A stretch of 62,192 nt of DNA, counting the filler, from an uncultured Planctomycetales bacterium (GTDB lineage Bacteria > Omnitrophota > Gorgyraeia > Gygaellales > Profunditerraquicolaceae), in the NCBI GenBank assembly GCA_964487475.1. It is 4 parts of 4 records of this genome, joined end to end, with 100 filler letters (N's around TTAATTAATTAA, not from the genome) between each part and the next. Parts side by side here need not be neighbours in the genome. Positions count along the whole stretch, not along the records: positions 1 to 13,800 come from CAZAPM010000011.1; 3 more parts are not named here. One strand, given 5' to 3'. This document shows positions 1-9,532 of this stretch, piece by piece (the stretch's first letter is position 1; each line of letters begins with the position of its first letter). A program made the position numbers and the translations under genes. The notes beneath the pieces were generated by a model, which did no database searches, was not told the origin of the DNA, and was given only the letters and a program-made list of their open reading frames with translations.

Positions 1-894
1 CTGGGGTTCTTCCTGGTGAAAAGGAATATCCTGGGCAGTCCCTGCCTGGTGACGCTCAGCAACCTGACCCTGGACGTGTGTCTTCCGGCGCTGGTCTTCT
101 ACGAGCTTATCGGAAGGTTCGATCCCGGGCAGTTCCCGGGGTGGTGGATGATGCCTTTCTTAAGTTTTACCGTGACCCTCGCCGGATTGGCCGCGGGCGC
201 AGCAGTTTCGCTCCTGCTCAAAGCGCCGCAGGAAAGGTCGCAGTGCGCCGCGCTGACCGCGTTCCAGAACTCGGGGTATCTTCCCCTGGCGCTCATCGCC
301 TCCCTGGTGCCGCACCAGCAGGCGGAAGTGCTTTTCATCTATCTTTTCCTCTTCCTCGCGGGATTCAACTTCGCCATGTTCTCCCTGGGGGTCTTCCTTC
401 TGACCAGGGATAAGTCGGCGCAGGCGTCGTGGGGCAATGTCCTTAATCCTCCGGTGGTGGTGACCCTGGCAAGCGTCCTCCTGGTGCTTCTGGGTGCGCA
501 GCGTTTCGTGCCCGAGTTCGTATTGAAACCCGCCAAGATGGTCGGGGATTGCACCCTTCCCCTGGCCATGTTCGTAGTGGGAGGAAGCCTCGCGGAGATA
601 CCGCTCTTTAAGGTCCGCTGGAAGCCGGTGCTGCTGGCGACCGCCGCCAAAATGCTTATCGTGCCGGTACTGGGAGTGGCTGCGGTCAAGCTCCTGCGCG
701 TGCCGCATCCTTTGGGCCTGCTGATCGTGCTGCAGTGCGCCATGCCTTCCGCCATGTCCCTTTCCGCGATCCTTAAGAAATACGACCAGCCGGACCTGGC
801 GGTCAGCCACGGTATCTTCGTCTCCCACCTGGTCTCCGTGGTGACGCTGCCCCTATTTTTGGGTATATACTTCTCCTGGGCTATGGTACAATAA
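1..894 (+). CDS. AEC (auxin efflux carrier) family transporter, 5' partial
   Basis: Frame is open from base 1; many TM helices; motifs FQNSGYLPL, NPPVV and AMPSA typical of the AEC/Mem_trans family. Confidence 0.85.
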   Translation: MGFFLVKRNILGSPCLVTLSNLTLDVCLPALVFYELIGRFDPGQFPGWWMMPFLSFTVTLAGLAAGAAVSLLLKAPQERSQCAALTAFQNSGYLPLALIASLVPHQQAEVLFIYLFLFLAGFNFAMFSLGVFLLTRDKSAQASWGNVLNPPVVVTLASVLLVLLGAQRFVPEFVLKPAKMVGDCTLPLAMFVVGGSLAEIPLFKVRWKPVLLATAAKMLIVPVLGVAAVKLLRVPHPLGLLIVLQCAMPSAMSLSAILKKYDQPDLAVSHGIFVSHLVSVVTLPLFLGIYFSWAMVQ

Positions 895-901
895 GCCTGC
901 C

Positions 902-1354
902 ATGGGTATTTCAATCGCCACGAATAAGAAAGCGCTGCGGGATTTCCATATCCTGGAATCCGTCGAGTGCGGCATCGAACTGAAGGGCGGAGAGGTCAAG
1001 TCCCTGCGGGACAAAAAAGCCAGCCTGGATGAGAGCTACGCCCGCTTCGAGGGGACCGAGCTCTTCCTGTACGATGCCTATATCCAGCCGTATGCCCAGG
1101 CCAGCTACCTTAAGACCGAGCCGACCCGCACCCGCAAGATCCTGCTGCATAAGCACCAGATCGAAAAACTGCACCAGAAGGTCAGCCAGAAGGGCCTGAC
1201 CTTGGTTCCGCTGAAGCTGTATTTCAACGACCGGGGGTTCGCGAAGGTGGAGGTCGCCCTGGCCAAGGGCAAGAAGCAGCATGACCGCCGGGACGATATC
1301 AAGCGCCGGGAGACCGATCTGGCGCTGCGCCGCGCGGTCAAGAACCGCCGCTAA
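902..1354 (+). CDS. smpB: SsrA-binding protein
   Basis: NKKA, GIELKGGEVKSLR, LVPLKLYF, AKGKKQHDRR motifs; directly upstream of tmRNA. Confidence 0.98.
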   Translation: MGISIATNKKALRDFHILESVECGIELKGGEVKSLRDKKASLDESYARFEGTELFLYDAYIQPYAQASYLKTEPTRTRKILLHKHQIEKLHQKVSQKGLTLVPLKLYFNDRGFAKVEVALAKGKKQHDRRDDIKRRETDLALRRAVKNRR

Positions 1355-1389
1355 CCCCTCCAAATTCCCTTTTCAAACCCCCTTTCCGA

Positions 1390-1398
1390 TGGTATAAT
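1390..1398 (+). promoter_or_regulatory. Extended -10 promoter (TGnTATAAT) for tmRNA
   Basis: TGGTATAAT ending 14 nt upstream of the tmRNA 5' end. Confidence 0.6.
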
Positions 1399-1412
1399 TA
1401 TATATACAAACA

Positions 1413-1803
1413 GGGGGTGAAAGGGCTCGACTTAAGGTATTCGGGTAAGAGCAGCATGCCGCGGACGCAGGGTTGGCCGCGTTATCAATCCTTGCACACA
1501 ATAAACGCGAAACCTACAATGGTTAACCGTTTGGCCCCAGCAATGGTGCCGGCGGGCGTTTCCTTCGGGTTTAATTAAACCCGGAACCCTTTCTTTCCAG
1601 CTCACGGGATAGAATAGGGTCACTCAGTGAGATAGCTGATACGGTCTAGCCTTTGGCAGTATCGGTGAAGCATTCAAAGGATGCGGCGTACATGATCCCG
1701 TTCACCGGAGCGTGTACGACAAAGGGTAAACGGTGAACTGAGCATGGAGCGGCTTTTATCGGGATCTTTAAGGACGGCGGTTCAATTCCGCCCACCTCCA
1801 CCA
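1413..1803 (+). ncRNA. ssrA: tmRNA; predicted tag reading frame 1507-1578 (AKPTMVNRLAPAMVPAGVSFGFN*)
   Basis: 5' GGGGGTG pairs with 3' CACCTCC-A-CCA with a G3:U70 wobble; T-arm GGCGG TTCAATT CCGCC; follows smpB; ATAAAC-GCG resume context. Confidence 0.95.
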
Positions 1804-1814
1804 TTTTCTCCCCT

Positions 1815-2549
1815 ATGCCTGACCTCAAGACCGTATTCTATCCTGAAACCCGTTTCGGCGGGTTCACCGATGTCGACAGCACCGTCGTCTTTTTCACCCG
1901 CGTCAACGCGCTGGTGGGGAAGGATGCGGTGGTGCTGGACGTCGGTTGCGGCAGGGGGGCGGCGGCTCAGGATAAAGTGGAGCTGCGCAGGAACCTGCGC
2001 ACGTTCAAAGGCAGGTGCCGGCGGGTGATCGGGATCGACGTGGACGATGCGGGCAGCGCGAATCCCTTCCTGGACGAGTTCCGCCGGATCGAAGGGGGGC
2101 GCTGGCCTCTCGATGACGGTTCGATAGACGTGGCGGTGGTGGATAATGTCCTGGAGCACGTGCCGGACCCGGATATCTTTTTTTCGGAATGCCGCAGGGT
2201 GATCAAGCCGGGCGGGTATCTGTGTATCCGGACCCCGAACGTGTTCAGTTATTTCGGAGTGGCGGCAAAGCTTTTTCGCGGCCGGGCGCATGACAAGGTG
2301 CTTAAGGCAGCGCAGAAGGAGCGCTCCCACGAGGATGTCTTTCCTGCCGTATACCGGTGCAATTCACGGGGAAAACTGCGCAGTATGTTGGTCCGCAACG
2401 GGTTTGATGCCTGCGTGTACGGATATGAGGCCGAACCGAGCTATTTTTCCTTTTCTTCCCTGGCATATTTTCTGGGGGTGGTTCATCAGCGCTTCTCTCC
2501 GCGCGCCTGCCGGATCGTGCTTTTTGCGTTTGCCAGGCGCGGATCATAG
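1815..2549 (+). CDS. Class I SAM-dependent methyltransferase
   Basis: VLDVGCGRG motif I, VLEHVPD, VIKPGG. Confidence 0.85.
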   Translation: MPDLKTVFYPETRFGGFTDVDSTVVFFTRVNALVGKDAVVLDVGCGRGAAAQDKVELRRNLRTFKGRCRRVIGIDVDDAGSANPFLDEFRRIEGGRWPLDDGSIDVAVVDNVLEHVPDPDIFFSECRRVIKPGGYLCIRTPNVFSYFGVAAKLFRGRAHDKVLKAAQKERSHEDVFPAVYRCNSRGKLRSMLVRNGFDACVYGYEAEPSYFSFSSLAYFLGVVHQRFSPRACRIVLFAFARRGS

Positions 2550-2643
2550 CTTACCTATATTCCTTCCGGTTTTGTGATTTGCTTTCCGAAGTATTTATGG
2601 TACAATTGTCTGTACTTCTACAGGGTTATGCGAAAATATCTTA

Positions 2644-3720
2644 ATGAATAATCATATAAAAATCTTAGTTGTTATTTTGCTTCTCGGGATATCCGGATGC
2701 GCCACGGTGCCTGTGCAGGATACTTTGCCGAAGTACACCTTGCACGGGGTGACGTATTATCCTCTGGCAGAGCTCTGCAGCAAAAAAGGAGTGATCTGGG
2801 AGTACGATACGTACAGCCGCACGATCACCCTGCGCAAGAACCAGCAGCGCTCTAGCGTGAGGGTGGGGGATTCCCTGGCGATCTTAAACGGCGCCTCGAA
2901 GAAACTCTCCCATCCGGTGGACGTCTACCGGGGGACGATCGTGGTGCCGCAGGCGTTCAAGGATAAGATCATCGATATGATGGCGTATGAGTCCGTCGTC
3001 TCGCAGGAGAGGCCTTTTGCGCGTTCGCGGATACGCAAGATCGTGGTGGACGCCGGGCACGGAGGGAAAGACCCGGGCACCGTCGGCAGGACGGGATTGA
3101 AGGAAAAGGACGTGAACCTGGACATTTCCCGCCGACTGGCGAAACTTCTGCGGGATGAAGGAGCGGAGGTGGTGCTCACGCGCTCATCCGACGTGTTCAT
3201 CCCCCTGGGGAAAAGAACGGAGATCGCCAACAATGCCCGGGCCGACCTTTTTGTGAGCGTCCATTCCAACGCCAACCGGGTGCGCAGCTTAAAGGGGTTC
3301 GAGGCGTATTATATCTCGACGGCAGCGGGGGACTTGAAGCGCGCGCTTTCCTCCTCCGACCAGATGCCGGAGGTCGATCGGGTATGTTTCAGCGAAACGG
3401 TGCCCTCGAGCGTCAAGACCATCCTTTGGGACATGCTCTATACCAGCAACCGCGCCGAGTCGATCGACGTGGCGAAGCATATCTGCCGGACCGTGGGACG
3501 CAACCTCAATTCGAAGGTCCTGGGGGTGAAATCCGCGAACTTCCAGGTGCTGCGCGGCACCGAGATGCCCGCGGTGCTGGTGGAGATCGGGTTCCTCTCC
3601 AATCCTTCGGAAGAACAGCTGCTCAAGAGCACGCATTACCGCCAGCAGGTGGCGGAAGCATTGGTGGAGGGGGTGCGGGAGTATGCCGCGTCCTATCCTC
3701 TGCAGGAGGCAAAACAGTGA
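2644..3720 (+). CDS. N-acetylmuramoyl-L-alanine amidase (Amidase_3), lipoprotein
   Basis: Lipobox ISGC; DAGHGGKDPG, EKDVNL, SVHSNA, VLVEIGFLSN. Confidence 0.92.
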   Translation: MNNHIKILVVILLLGISGCATVPVQDTLPKYTLHGVTYYPLAELCSKKGVIWEYDTYSRTITLRKNQQRSSVRVGDSLAILNGASKKLSHPVDVYRGTIVVPQAFKDKIIDMMAYESVVSQERPFARSRIRKIVVDAGHGGKDPGTVGRTGLKEKDVNLDISRRLAKLLRDEGAEVVLTRSSDVFIPLGKRTEIANNARADLFVSVHSNANRVRSLKGFEAYYISTAAGDLKRALSSSDQMPEVDRVCFSETVPSSVKTILWDMLYTSNRAESIDVAKHICRTVGRNLNSKVLGVKSANFQVLRGTEMPAVLVEIGFLSNPSEEQLLKSTHYRQQVAEALVEGVREYAASYPLQEAKQ

Positions 3721-4505
3721 GAAAGCCGATCGGAGTGTTCGATTCCGGGGTGGGGGGGTTGACCGTAGCCAAGGAGTTGATCCGCCAGCTGCCTCAGGAG
3801 GATATCGTCTATTTCGGGGATACCGCGCGCGTGCCCTACGGCATCCGCTCCCGCGAGACCATCGTGCGTTTTTCCATCGAGGATACGCTGCTTTTGCTGC
3901 GCTATGACATCAAGCTCATCTGTGTGGCGTGCAACACCGCCTCCAGTGTGGCGCTGCCGGTGATCCGCAACCATTTCAAGGTGCCCATGCTGGGAGTGCT
4001 TTCCCCCGGCGCGCGGGAAGCGGTCTATGCCACCCAGAACAAGCGTATCGGCGTGATCGGCACGCGGGGCACGGTCAAGAGCCGCGCCTATGAACTGGAG
4101 ATCACGCAGCTGGACCCGCAGATCAAAGTGTACGCCCAGGCGTGCCCGCTCTTCGTGCCTTTCGTTGAGGAGGGGTGGCTGGACGGAAAAGTAGTGCACG
4201 AGGTGGCCAGCACGTACCTTAAGCCTCTCAAGGAGGCGAAGGTCGATACCGTGATCCTGGGGTGCACGCACTATCCGTTGCTTAAGAAGGTCATCCGCAA
4301 GGTGATGGGGGAGCAGGTGACCCTGATCGATTCCGCGGAGCAGGTGGCGATCGAGGTGAAGAAGATCCTGGTCAGCGAAGGGCTGTGCAATACTTCGGGC
4401 AAGGGCACGCACCGTTTCCTGGTCAGCGATAACGCCGAATGGTTCGGGGATATCGCCGAGCGGTTCCTGGGATATCCCATCCGCAAAGTGGAGAAGGTGT
4501 CCTGA
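3717..4505 (+). CDS. murI: Glutamate racemase
   Basis: FDSGVGGLTV, ACNTAS, LGCTHYP; GTG start overlaps the amidase stop. Confidence 0.97.
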   Translation: MRKPIGVFDSGVGGLTVAKELIRQLPQEDIVYFGDTARVPYGIRSRETIVRFSIEDTLLLLRYDIKLICVACNTASSVALPVIRNHFKVPMLGVLSPGAREAVYATQNKRIGVIGTRGTVKSRAYELEITQLDPQIKVYAQACPLFVPFVEEGWLDGKVVHEVASTYLKPLKEAKVDTVILGCTHYPLLKKVIRKVMGEQVTLIDSAEQVAIEVKKILVSEGLCNTSGKGTHRFLVSDNAEWFGDIAERFLGYPIRKVEKVS

Positions 4506-4506
4506 T

Positions 4507-4863
4507 ATGCATACCGTACGCATCGAAGGGACGTTCAGTTCGGCGCATAACCTGCGCGGGTACACCGGCAAATGCGAGGCGTTGCACGGCCATAACTGGA
4601 AGGTGATGGTGGAAGCGCGCGCGCGCAAGCTCGATAAATTGGGCATGGTCATCGATTTCACGGTGATGAAGAAGCGCCTGGCAGAGGTGTTGGAGGAGCT
4701 CGATCACCGTTACCTGAACGATATCCCCTACTTCAAGAGATACAATCCCACCTCGGAGCATCTGGCGAAATATTTCTATGACCGGTTGCGCAAAGGCATC
4801 CCCGGCATATATGCGGTGACGGTCTGGGAGTCGGACCGGGCTTCGGCCACGTATCATGGGTAA
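4507..4863 (+). CDS. queD: 6-carboxy-5,6,7,8-tetrahydropterin synthase
   Basis: FSSAH, CEALHGHNW, LDHRYLN, PTSE, VWES. Confidence 0.95.
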   Translation: MHTVRIEGTFSSAHNLRGYTGKCEALHGHNWKVMVEARARKLDKLGMVIDFTVMKKRLAEVLEELDHRYLNDIPYFKRYNPTSEHLAKYFYDRLRKGIPGIYAVTVWESDRASATYHG

Positions 4864-5533
4864 AAAAGCGGTAGTGCTGGTTTCCGGCGGCCTGGATTCG
4901 GCCGTGGCGCTGTATCTGGCCCGCGCCGCAGGGTATGCCTGCGAGTGCCTGGCCTTCGATTATGGACAGCGCCATGCGCGGGAACTGCGCAGCGCATCTC
5001 AAGTGGCGGCGGCGGCCAAGTGCCCGCTGCATTTGGTACGGGTGCCTTTTTTCTGGAAGGGATCGAGCCTGCTGGATACGCGCGTCCCGATGCCTTCGGC
5101 AGTGCGCCTGTCGAAACGGGGCAAGACGACGGGGATCCCCAGCACGTATGTTCCGGCGAGGAACCTGGTTTTTCTGAGCCTGGCGGTATCCTTCGCCGAA
5201 GCAAGGAAAGCCTCGGCGGTCTTTATCGGAGCGCACGCCCAGGATTACAGCGGGTATCCGGATTGCCGGCCCGGGTTTTTCCGGGCTTTCGAGAGGACGG
5301 TGCGCGCGGGCACTAAAGCGGGGGCAGAGGGAAGCGGCATCGAGGTGCAGGCTCCGCTGCTGCGCATGGGGAAAGCCCAGATCATCCGCACCGGGATCAG
5401 GCTGGGAGTGCCTTTTCAGCTGACCTGGTCCTGTTACCGCGGAGGGGTAAAGCCGTGCGGCACATGCGAGAGCTGCCTTTACCGCGCCAAAGGTTTTGCG
5501 CAGGCAGGCGCGTTGGATCCGATAGTGCGATGA
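4856..5533 (+). CDS. queC: 7-cyano-7-deazaguanine synthase
   Basis: SGGLDS, YGQRH, TYVPARN, YPDCR, TWSCY..CGTCESC. Confidence 0.97.
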   Translation: MGKKAVVLVSGGLDSAVALYLARAAGYACECLAFDYGQRHARELRSASQVAAAAKCPLHLVRVPFFWKGSSLLDTRVPMPSAVRLSKRGKTTGIPSTYVPARNLVFLSLAVSFAEARKASAVFIGAHAQDYSGYPDCRPGFFRAFERTVRAGTKAGAEGSGIEVQAPLLRMGKAQIIRTGIRLGVPFQLTWSCYRGGVKPCGTCESCLYRAKGFAQAGALDPIVR

Positions 5534-6216
5534 GCCATACTAAATTGCAGGGGAAGATATCAGAGGTTTTTGAGAGCGTCCAGGGGGAAGGGATATACCT
5601 CGGGGAGCGCCAGATATTCGTGCGTCTTTACGGGTGCAACCTGGAGTGCTCCTATTGCGATACGAAGATCGATACCTACCGCGAGTACACCCCGCAGGAG
5701 CTTTTCGACGAGATCACTCTGCACGGGGGGGAGTTCCATTCGGTCTCCTTTACCGGCGGTGAGCCGCTGATGCAGGTGGAGTTCTTGAGGTCGGTGATGG
5801 AGCTGACCCGCAAGGCGGGGTACAAGAACTACCTGGAGACCAACGGGACCCTGGCGCAGGAGTTCACGCAGGTCAAGGGCGTGACGGATGTGGTGGCCAT
5901 GGATTTCAAGCTGCCTTCATCGACGGGGCTGAGGGATTTCTGGCAGGAGCATAAGTATTTCCTGCAGGCGTGCAAGGATAAGGACGTCTTCATCAAGATG
6001 GTGGTGCGCACGGCCACTTCGGAGACGGATGTCCGCGCGGCGCTGGCGGCGATCAAGGAAGTGTGCGGATCGGCGATCGTGGTGCTGCAGCCTGACAGCA
6101 ACGACCGGAGCGGGCAGATGCAGCAGCGGGTAGAGAGGTTGAGGGATGTGTGCACCGAGGCGCAGGTGGCCGCGTGTATCATCCCGCAGATGCATAAGCT
6201 AGTGGGGTTGCGATGA
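5530..6216 (+). CDS. queE: 7-carboxy-7-deazaguanine synthase (radical SAM)
   Basis: SVQGEG, CNLECSYCD, TGGEP, ETNG, PQMHK. Confidence 0.93.
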   Translation: MSHTKLQGKISEVFESVQGEGIYLGERQIFVRLYGCNLECSYCDTKIDTYREYTPQELFDEITLHGGEFHSVSFTGGEPLMQVEFLRSVMELTRKAGYKNYLETNGTLAQEFTQVKGVTDVVAMDFKLPSSTGLRDFWQEHKYFLQACKDKDVFIKMVVRTATSETDVRAALAAIKEVCGSAIVVLQPDSNDRSGQMQQRVERLRDVCTEAQVAACIIPQMHKLVGLR

Positions 6217-6608
6217 AAAAGCAGAGCGATTCATACGAGGGCAGGCAGACGCACATCCGGGGGATGAAGACGCCCGCGGTAGACGTGTGGGAGAACCAGT
6301 ACCCGGACAAGGAGTATGCCATCACCCTGGAGGTGCCGGAGTTTACCTGTATCTGCCCTAAGACCGGGCTGCCGGATTTCGCGACCATCACCATCGAGTA
6401 TTCCCCGCGCAAGTTCTGCCTGGAGTTGAAATCTTTCAAGATGTATACGATCTTTTTCCGGCAGGTGGGGATATTCCACGAGCATCTGATCAACAGGATG
6501 CTGGAGGACCTGGTAAAGGCGAGCAAGCCCCGCTGGATGAGGATCAGGGGAGTGTTCAATCCCCGCGGGGGGATCACCACCACCGTCGAAGCTTCTTGGC
6601 AAAAATGA
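6213..6608 (+). CDS. queF: NADPH-dependent preQ0 reductase (type I)
   Basis: EFTCICPKTGLPDFA, ELKSFK, FHE, RGGI. Confidence 0.96.
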   Translation: MKKQSDSYEGRQTHIRGMKTPAVDVWENQYPDKEYAITLEVPEFTCICPKTGLPDFATITIEYSPRKFCLELKSFKMYTIFFRQVGIFHEHLINRMLEDLVKASKPRWMRIRGVFNPRGGITTTVEASWQK

Positions 6609-7426
6609 GAATTATTACTGCAGAAAAAGTAAGGAAGACCGTGGCGGAACTTTGCCGGAAGGCGAATTTCCATCTGCGGGCTGATGTGCTCTCTGCGCTG
6701 CGCAAGGCGGCAGCGGCTGAAGTGAATCCTCGCAGCAAAATGATCATGCGCGCGATCCTGGAGAATGCCTCGCAGGCAAGGCAGAGGTCCCTGGCGATCT
6801 GCCAGGATACCGGCATGCCGGTGGTGTTCGTCCGAATCGGCCAGGAAGTGCACCTGAAAGGGAATTTCGCCGCCGCGGTCAATAAAGGCGTTGAGGAGGG
6901 GTACCGCAGCGCAAGTTTGCGCAACTCGATCGTCAAGTATCCTTTAGCCCGCGGCAGTTCCGGATTCTCTCCCGCGGTCATACACTCCGAATGCGTGCCC
7001 GGCTCTTTCCTGGAGATCACCGTGCTGCCCAAGGGATTCGGGTGCGAGAATAAATCTCAACTTAAAATGTTCATGCCGACCGCGTCCCGGGAACAGGTGA
7101 TACAATTTATCGTCGAGTGCGTCAAAGCAGCCGGCCCGGATGCCTGCCCGCCGTATGTCGTGGGCGTAGGTATCGGAGGCACGGCCGATCTTGCGTGCAC
7201 TCTGGCGAAGAAAGCGCTCCTTAAAGATCTTAGCGCTCCGGCAACCGCGCTGGAAAAGGCGCTGCTTTCCCGGATCAATGCCCTTAAGATCGGGCCTATG
7301 GGGTTGGGCGGCAGGACCACGGTGCTGGCGGTAAAGGTGCAGGAGTATCCCACGCACATCGCCGGTATGCCGGTTGCCGTCAATATCAGCTGCCATGCGC
7401 TGCGCAGCGCAACGGCGAGGGTTTAA
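6605..7426 (+). CDS. Fe-S fumarate hydratase / tartrate dehydratase, alpha subunit
   Basis: ICQDTG, PKGFGCENKS, ACPP, GIGGT, GPMGLGG, SCHALR. Confidence 0.92.
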   Translation: MRIITAEKVRKTVAELCRKANFHLRADVLSALRKAAAAEVNPRSKMIMRAILENASQARQRSLAICQDTGMPVVFVRIGQEVHLKGNFAAAVNKGVEEGYRSASLRNSIVKYPLARGSSGFSPAVIHSECVPGSFLEITVLPKGFGCENKSQLKMFMPTASREQVIQFIVECVKAAGPDACPPYVVGVGIGGTADLACTLAKKALLKDLSAPATALEKALLSRINALKIGPMGLGGRTTVLAVKVQEYPTHIAGMPVAVNISCHALRSATARV

Positions 7427-7429
7427 GAG

Positions 7430-7972
7430 ATGAAACGTATCCTGACCCCGCTTTCCGCGTCCACCCTGGTTTCTCTTAAGGCCGGTGAGGAGGTGCGTTT
7501 CACCGGCACGCTCTATACTGCCCGGGACCAGGCGCATAAACGTCTTTGCGAGGCTTTGCAGCGGGGTAAAAAGCTTCCCCTGGAGTTGCGCGGCCAAGTG
7601 ATCTATTACTGCGGTCCGACCAACACTCCCCCAGGCCGGGTCATCGGTTCCTGCGGCCCGACGACCAGCAGCCGTATGGACGCATTTACTCCGCAGCTTC
7701 TGGAGCGAGGGTTGTCCGCGATGATCGGCAAAGGCGATCGCAGTCCCGAGGTCGCAGCTGCCATCAAAAAACACGGGGCAGTATATTTCCTGGCGCTGGC
7801 CGGATGCGGCGCGTTGATATCGTCGTTCGTCACCTCCCGCGAGATCGTCGCGTATCCCGAACTCGGCCCGGAGGCGATCTACAAACTCACAGTCGAAGAC
7901 CTGCCGCTTATCGTAGGGATAGACTCCCGCGGCAAAAACGTATTCACGCATATACAAGAGAGGTCCTTATGA
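7430..7972 (+). CDS. Fe-S fumarate hydratase / tartrate dehydratase, beta subunit
   Basis: [32 protein letters not shown]. Confidence 0.92.
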   Translation: MKRILTPLSASTLVSLKAGEEVRFTGTLYTARDQAHKRLCEALQRGKKLPLELRGQVIYYCGPTNTPPGRVIGSCGPTTSSRMDAFTPQLLERGLSAMIGKGDRSPEVAAAIKKHGAVYFLALAGCGALISSFVTSREIVAYPELGPEAIYKLTVEDLPLIVGIDSRGKNVFTHIQERSL

Positions 7973-8682
7973 TCCGTACCGACGGCCGCAACAGCGACCA
8001 GTTAAGAAAAGTAACCATCACCCGCAATTATCTCAAGTACCCGGAAGGGTCATGTCTGATAGAGTGCGGCAGCACCAAGGTCATTTGCACCGCATCGGTC
8101 GAAGAATCCGTTCCGCCGTTCCTGAAAGGGACGGGCCAGGGGTGGGTCACCGCCGAGTACGGAATGCTGCCCCGCTCCTGCGACAAGCGTATCCCCCGGG
8201 GTAAGGATTCCGGCCGGACCTTCGAGATCCAGCGGCTGGTAGGCCGCTCCCTGCGCACCGTGACCGACCTGCGGGCGTTCGGCGAGCGTACCGTGTGGCT
8301 CGATTGCGACGTGATCCAGGGTGACGGCGGCACGCGCACCGCTTCCATCACGGGATGTTTCGTGGCTTTGGCGGACGCTTTTGCGACCCTCAAGAAAAAA
8401 GGGCAGATCGCGCAGATCCCCCTGAAGGACCACGTGGCCGCGATCAGCGTCGGAATCGTCAAGGGCGAACCCGCGCTCGATCTTTGCTACGAAGAGGATT
8501 CCAAGGCCGAGGTCGACATGAATATCGTGATGACCGGCAAGGGCGCCTTCATCGAGATCCAGGGTACGGCTGAGCGCGATCCTTTCACCAAGGCGCAGAT
8601 GGACCAGATGCTCTCATTGGCGAACAAAGGAATCTCCGAACTGGTCGCGCTGCAGAAGTCTGTGCTGGCAGGGGTGCTCTGA
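7969..8682 (+). CDS. rph: Ribonuclease PH
   Basis: [39 protein letters not shown]. Confidence 0.97.
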   Translation: MIRTDGRNSDQLRKVTITRNYLKYPEGSCLIECGSTKVICTASVEESVPPFLKGTGQGWVTAEYGMLPRSCDKRIPRGKDSGRTFEIQRLVGRSLRTVTDLRAFGERTVWLDCDVIQGDGGTRTASITGCFVALADAFATLKKKGQIAQIPLKDHVAAISVGIVKGEPALDLCYEEDSKAEVDMNIVMTGKGAFIEIQGTAERDPFTKAQMDQMLSLANKGISELVALQKSVLAGVL

Positions 8683-8686
8683 AAAG

Positions 8687-9295
8687 ATGCATCTGATGCT
8701 GGCTACCACCAATAAGAAGAAGCGGCAGGAGCTTCAGGAGATACTCTCCGGGCTTCCGATCACCTTTCACACCCTGGATGAGCTAAAGAAGGTACCGCGG
8801 ATCGTGGAGAACGGGAAGTCCTTCCAGGAAAATGCGGTAAAAAAAGCCAAAGGGTATGCCCGGGCCAGCGGAATGCTGACTCTGGGGGAGGATTCCGGCT
8901 TGTGCGTGGACGCCCTGGAGGGAGCTCCCGGGATATACTCCGCGCGGTTTGCCGGCCGGGCTAAGGATGACGCGAAGAATAACGCCAAATTGCTGCGGCT
9001 GCTTAAGGATGTCAAGGCAAAAGACCGCAAAGCCCATTACGTGTGCGCGGTAGCGCTTGCTGATACCCAGGGGCTGGTGGGAGTGGTGGAGGGCGCCTGT
9101 CACGGCCGTATCGCGGAGGCGCCGCAGGGCGAGCAGGGGTTCGGATACGATCCGATCTTCTCTATCCCTAAGTTCGGCAAGACCTTCGGTCAGTTGGGGG
9201 AGAGGATCAAGCATACCATGAGCCACCGGTACCGAGCATTGCGCAAGGCGCGGCCGCTGATCCAGAAATATATTGAGAATTCAAAACGCGGTTGA
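8687..9295 (+). CDS. rdgB: XTP/dITP diphosphatase (HAM1 family)
   Basis: EDSGLCVDAL, PGIYSARF, GFGYDPIF, SHR. Confidence 0.95.
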   Translation: MHLMLATTNKKKRQELQEILSGLPITFHTLDELKKVPRIVENGKSFQENAVKKAKGYARASGMLTLGEDSGLCVDALEGAPGIYSARFAGRAKDDAKNNAKLLRLLKDVKAKDRKAHYVCAVALADTQGLVGVVEGACHGRIAEAPQGEQGFGYDPIFSIPKFGKTFGQLGERIKHTMSHRYRALRKARPLIQKYIENSKRG

Positions 9296-9301
9296 TATAA
9301 T
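9273..9301 (+). promoter_or_regulatory. sigma70-type promoter for tRNA-Pro
   Basis: TTGAGA-17 bp-TATAAT. Confidence 0.6.
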
Positions 9302-9347
9302 CGAATTCAGAGCGCGTCCCTGGTGATTTGCTGGGGGCAAAGATTTC

Positions 9348-9387
9348 GTCCCGCCTGATCCGCTTCGCGGATCAAAGATGGCGGGAC
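9348..9387. repeat. Nested GC-rich palindrome (REP-like)
   Basis: GTCCCGCC-TGATCCGC-TTC-GCGGATCA-AAGAT-GGCGGGAC. Confidence 0.6.
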
Positions 9388-9418
9388 TCAGATGGAAACA
9401 AATTTATAGCTCCATCTT

Positions 9419-9493
9419 CGGGGCGTGGCTCAGTTTGGCTAGAGCGCTTGCTTTGGGAGCAAGAGGTCACAGGTTCAAGTCCTGTCGCCCCGA
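9419..9493 (+). tRNA. tRNA-Pro(UGG), CCA not encoded
   Basis: Cloverleaf CGGGGCG...CGCCCCG-A; anticodon loop TTTGGGA. Confidence 0.96.
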
Positions 9494-9532
9494 CTTATTC
9501 CGGTTTTCCGGTCAGTGAAAGGGTAGAGCCGA

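Noticed and set aside
1760..2643. Integrated element at the tmRNA 3' end (also considered for tRNA-Pro and tRNA-Arg)
   Set aside because: No integrase and no duplicated 3' att fragment found by eye on this contig
3384..3716. N-terminal extensions in the ORF track (murI, queE, rph, ppx, CE4 lipoprotein, PEP-CTERM 1 and 2)
   Set aside because: They overlap upstream genes or leaders; downstream starts with an RBS or stop-start coupling fit the family N-termini better
4507..6608. queDCEF as a 7-deazaguanine DNA-modification (dpd) defence island
   Set aside because: No dpdA or tgt paralog nearby; queF is present and the genes sit in a housekeeping operon, which fits tRNA queuosine synthesis
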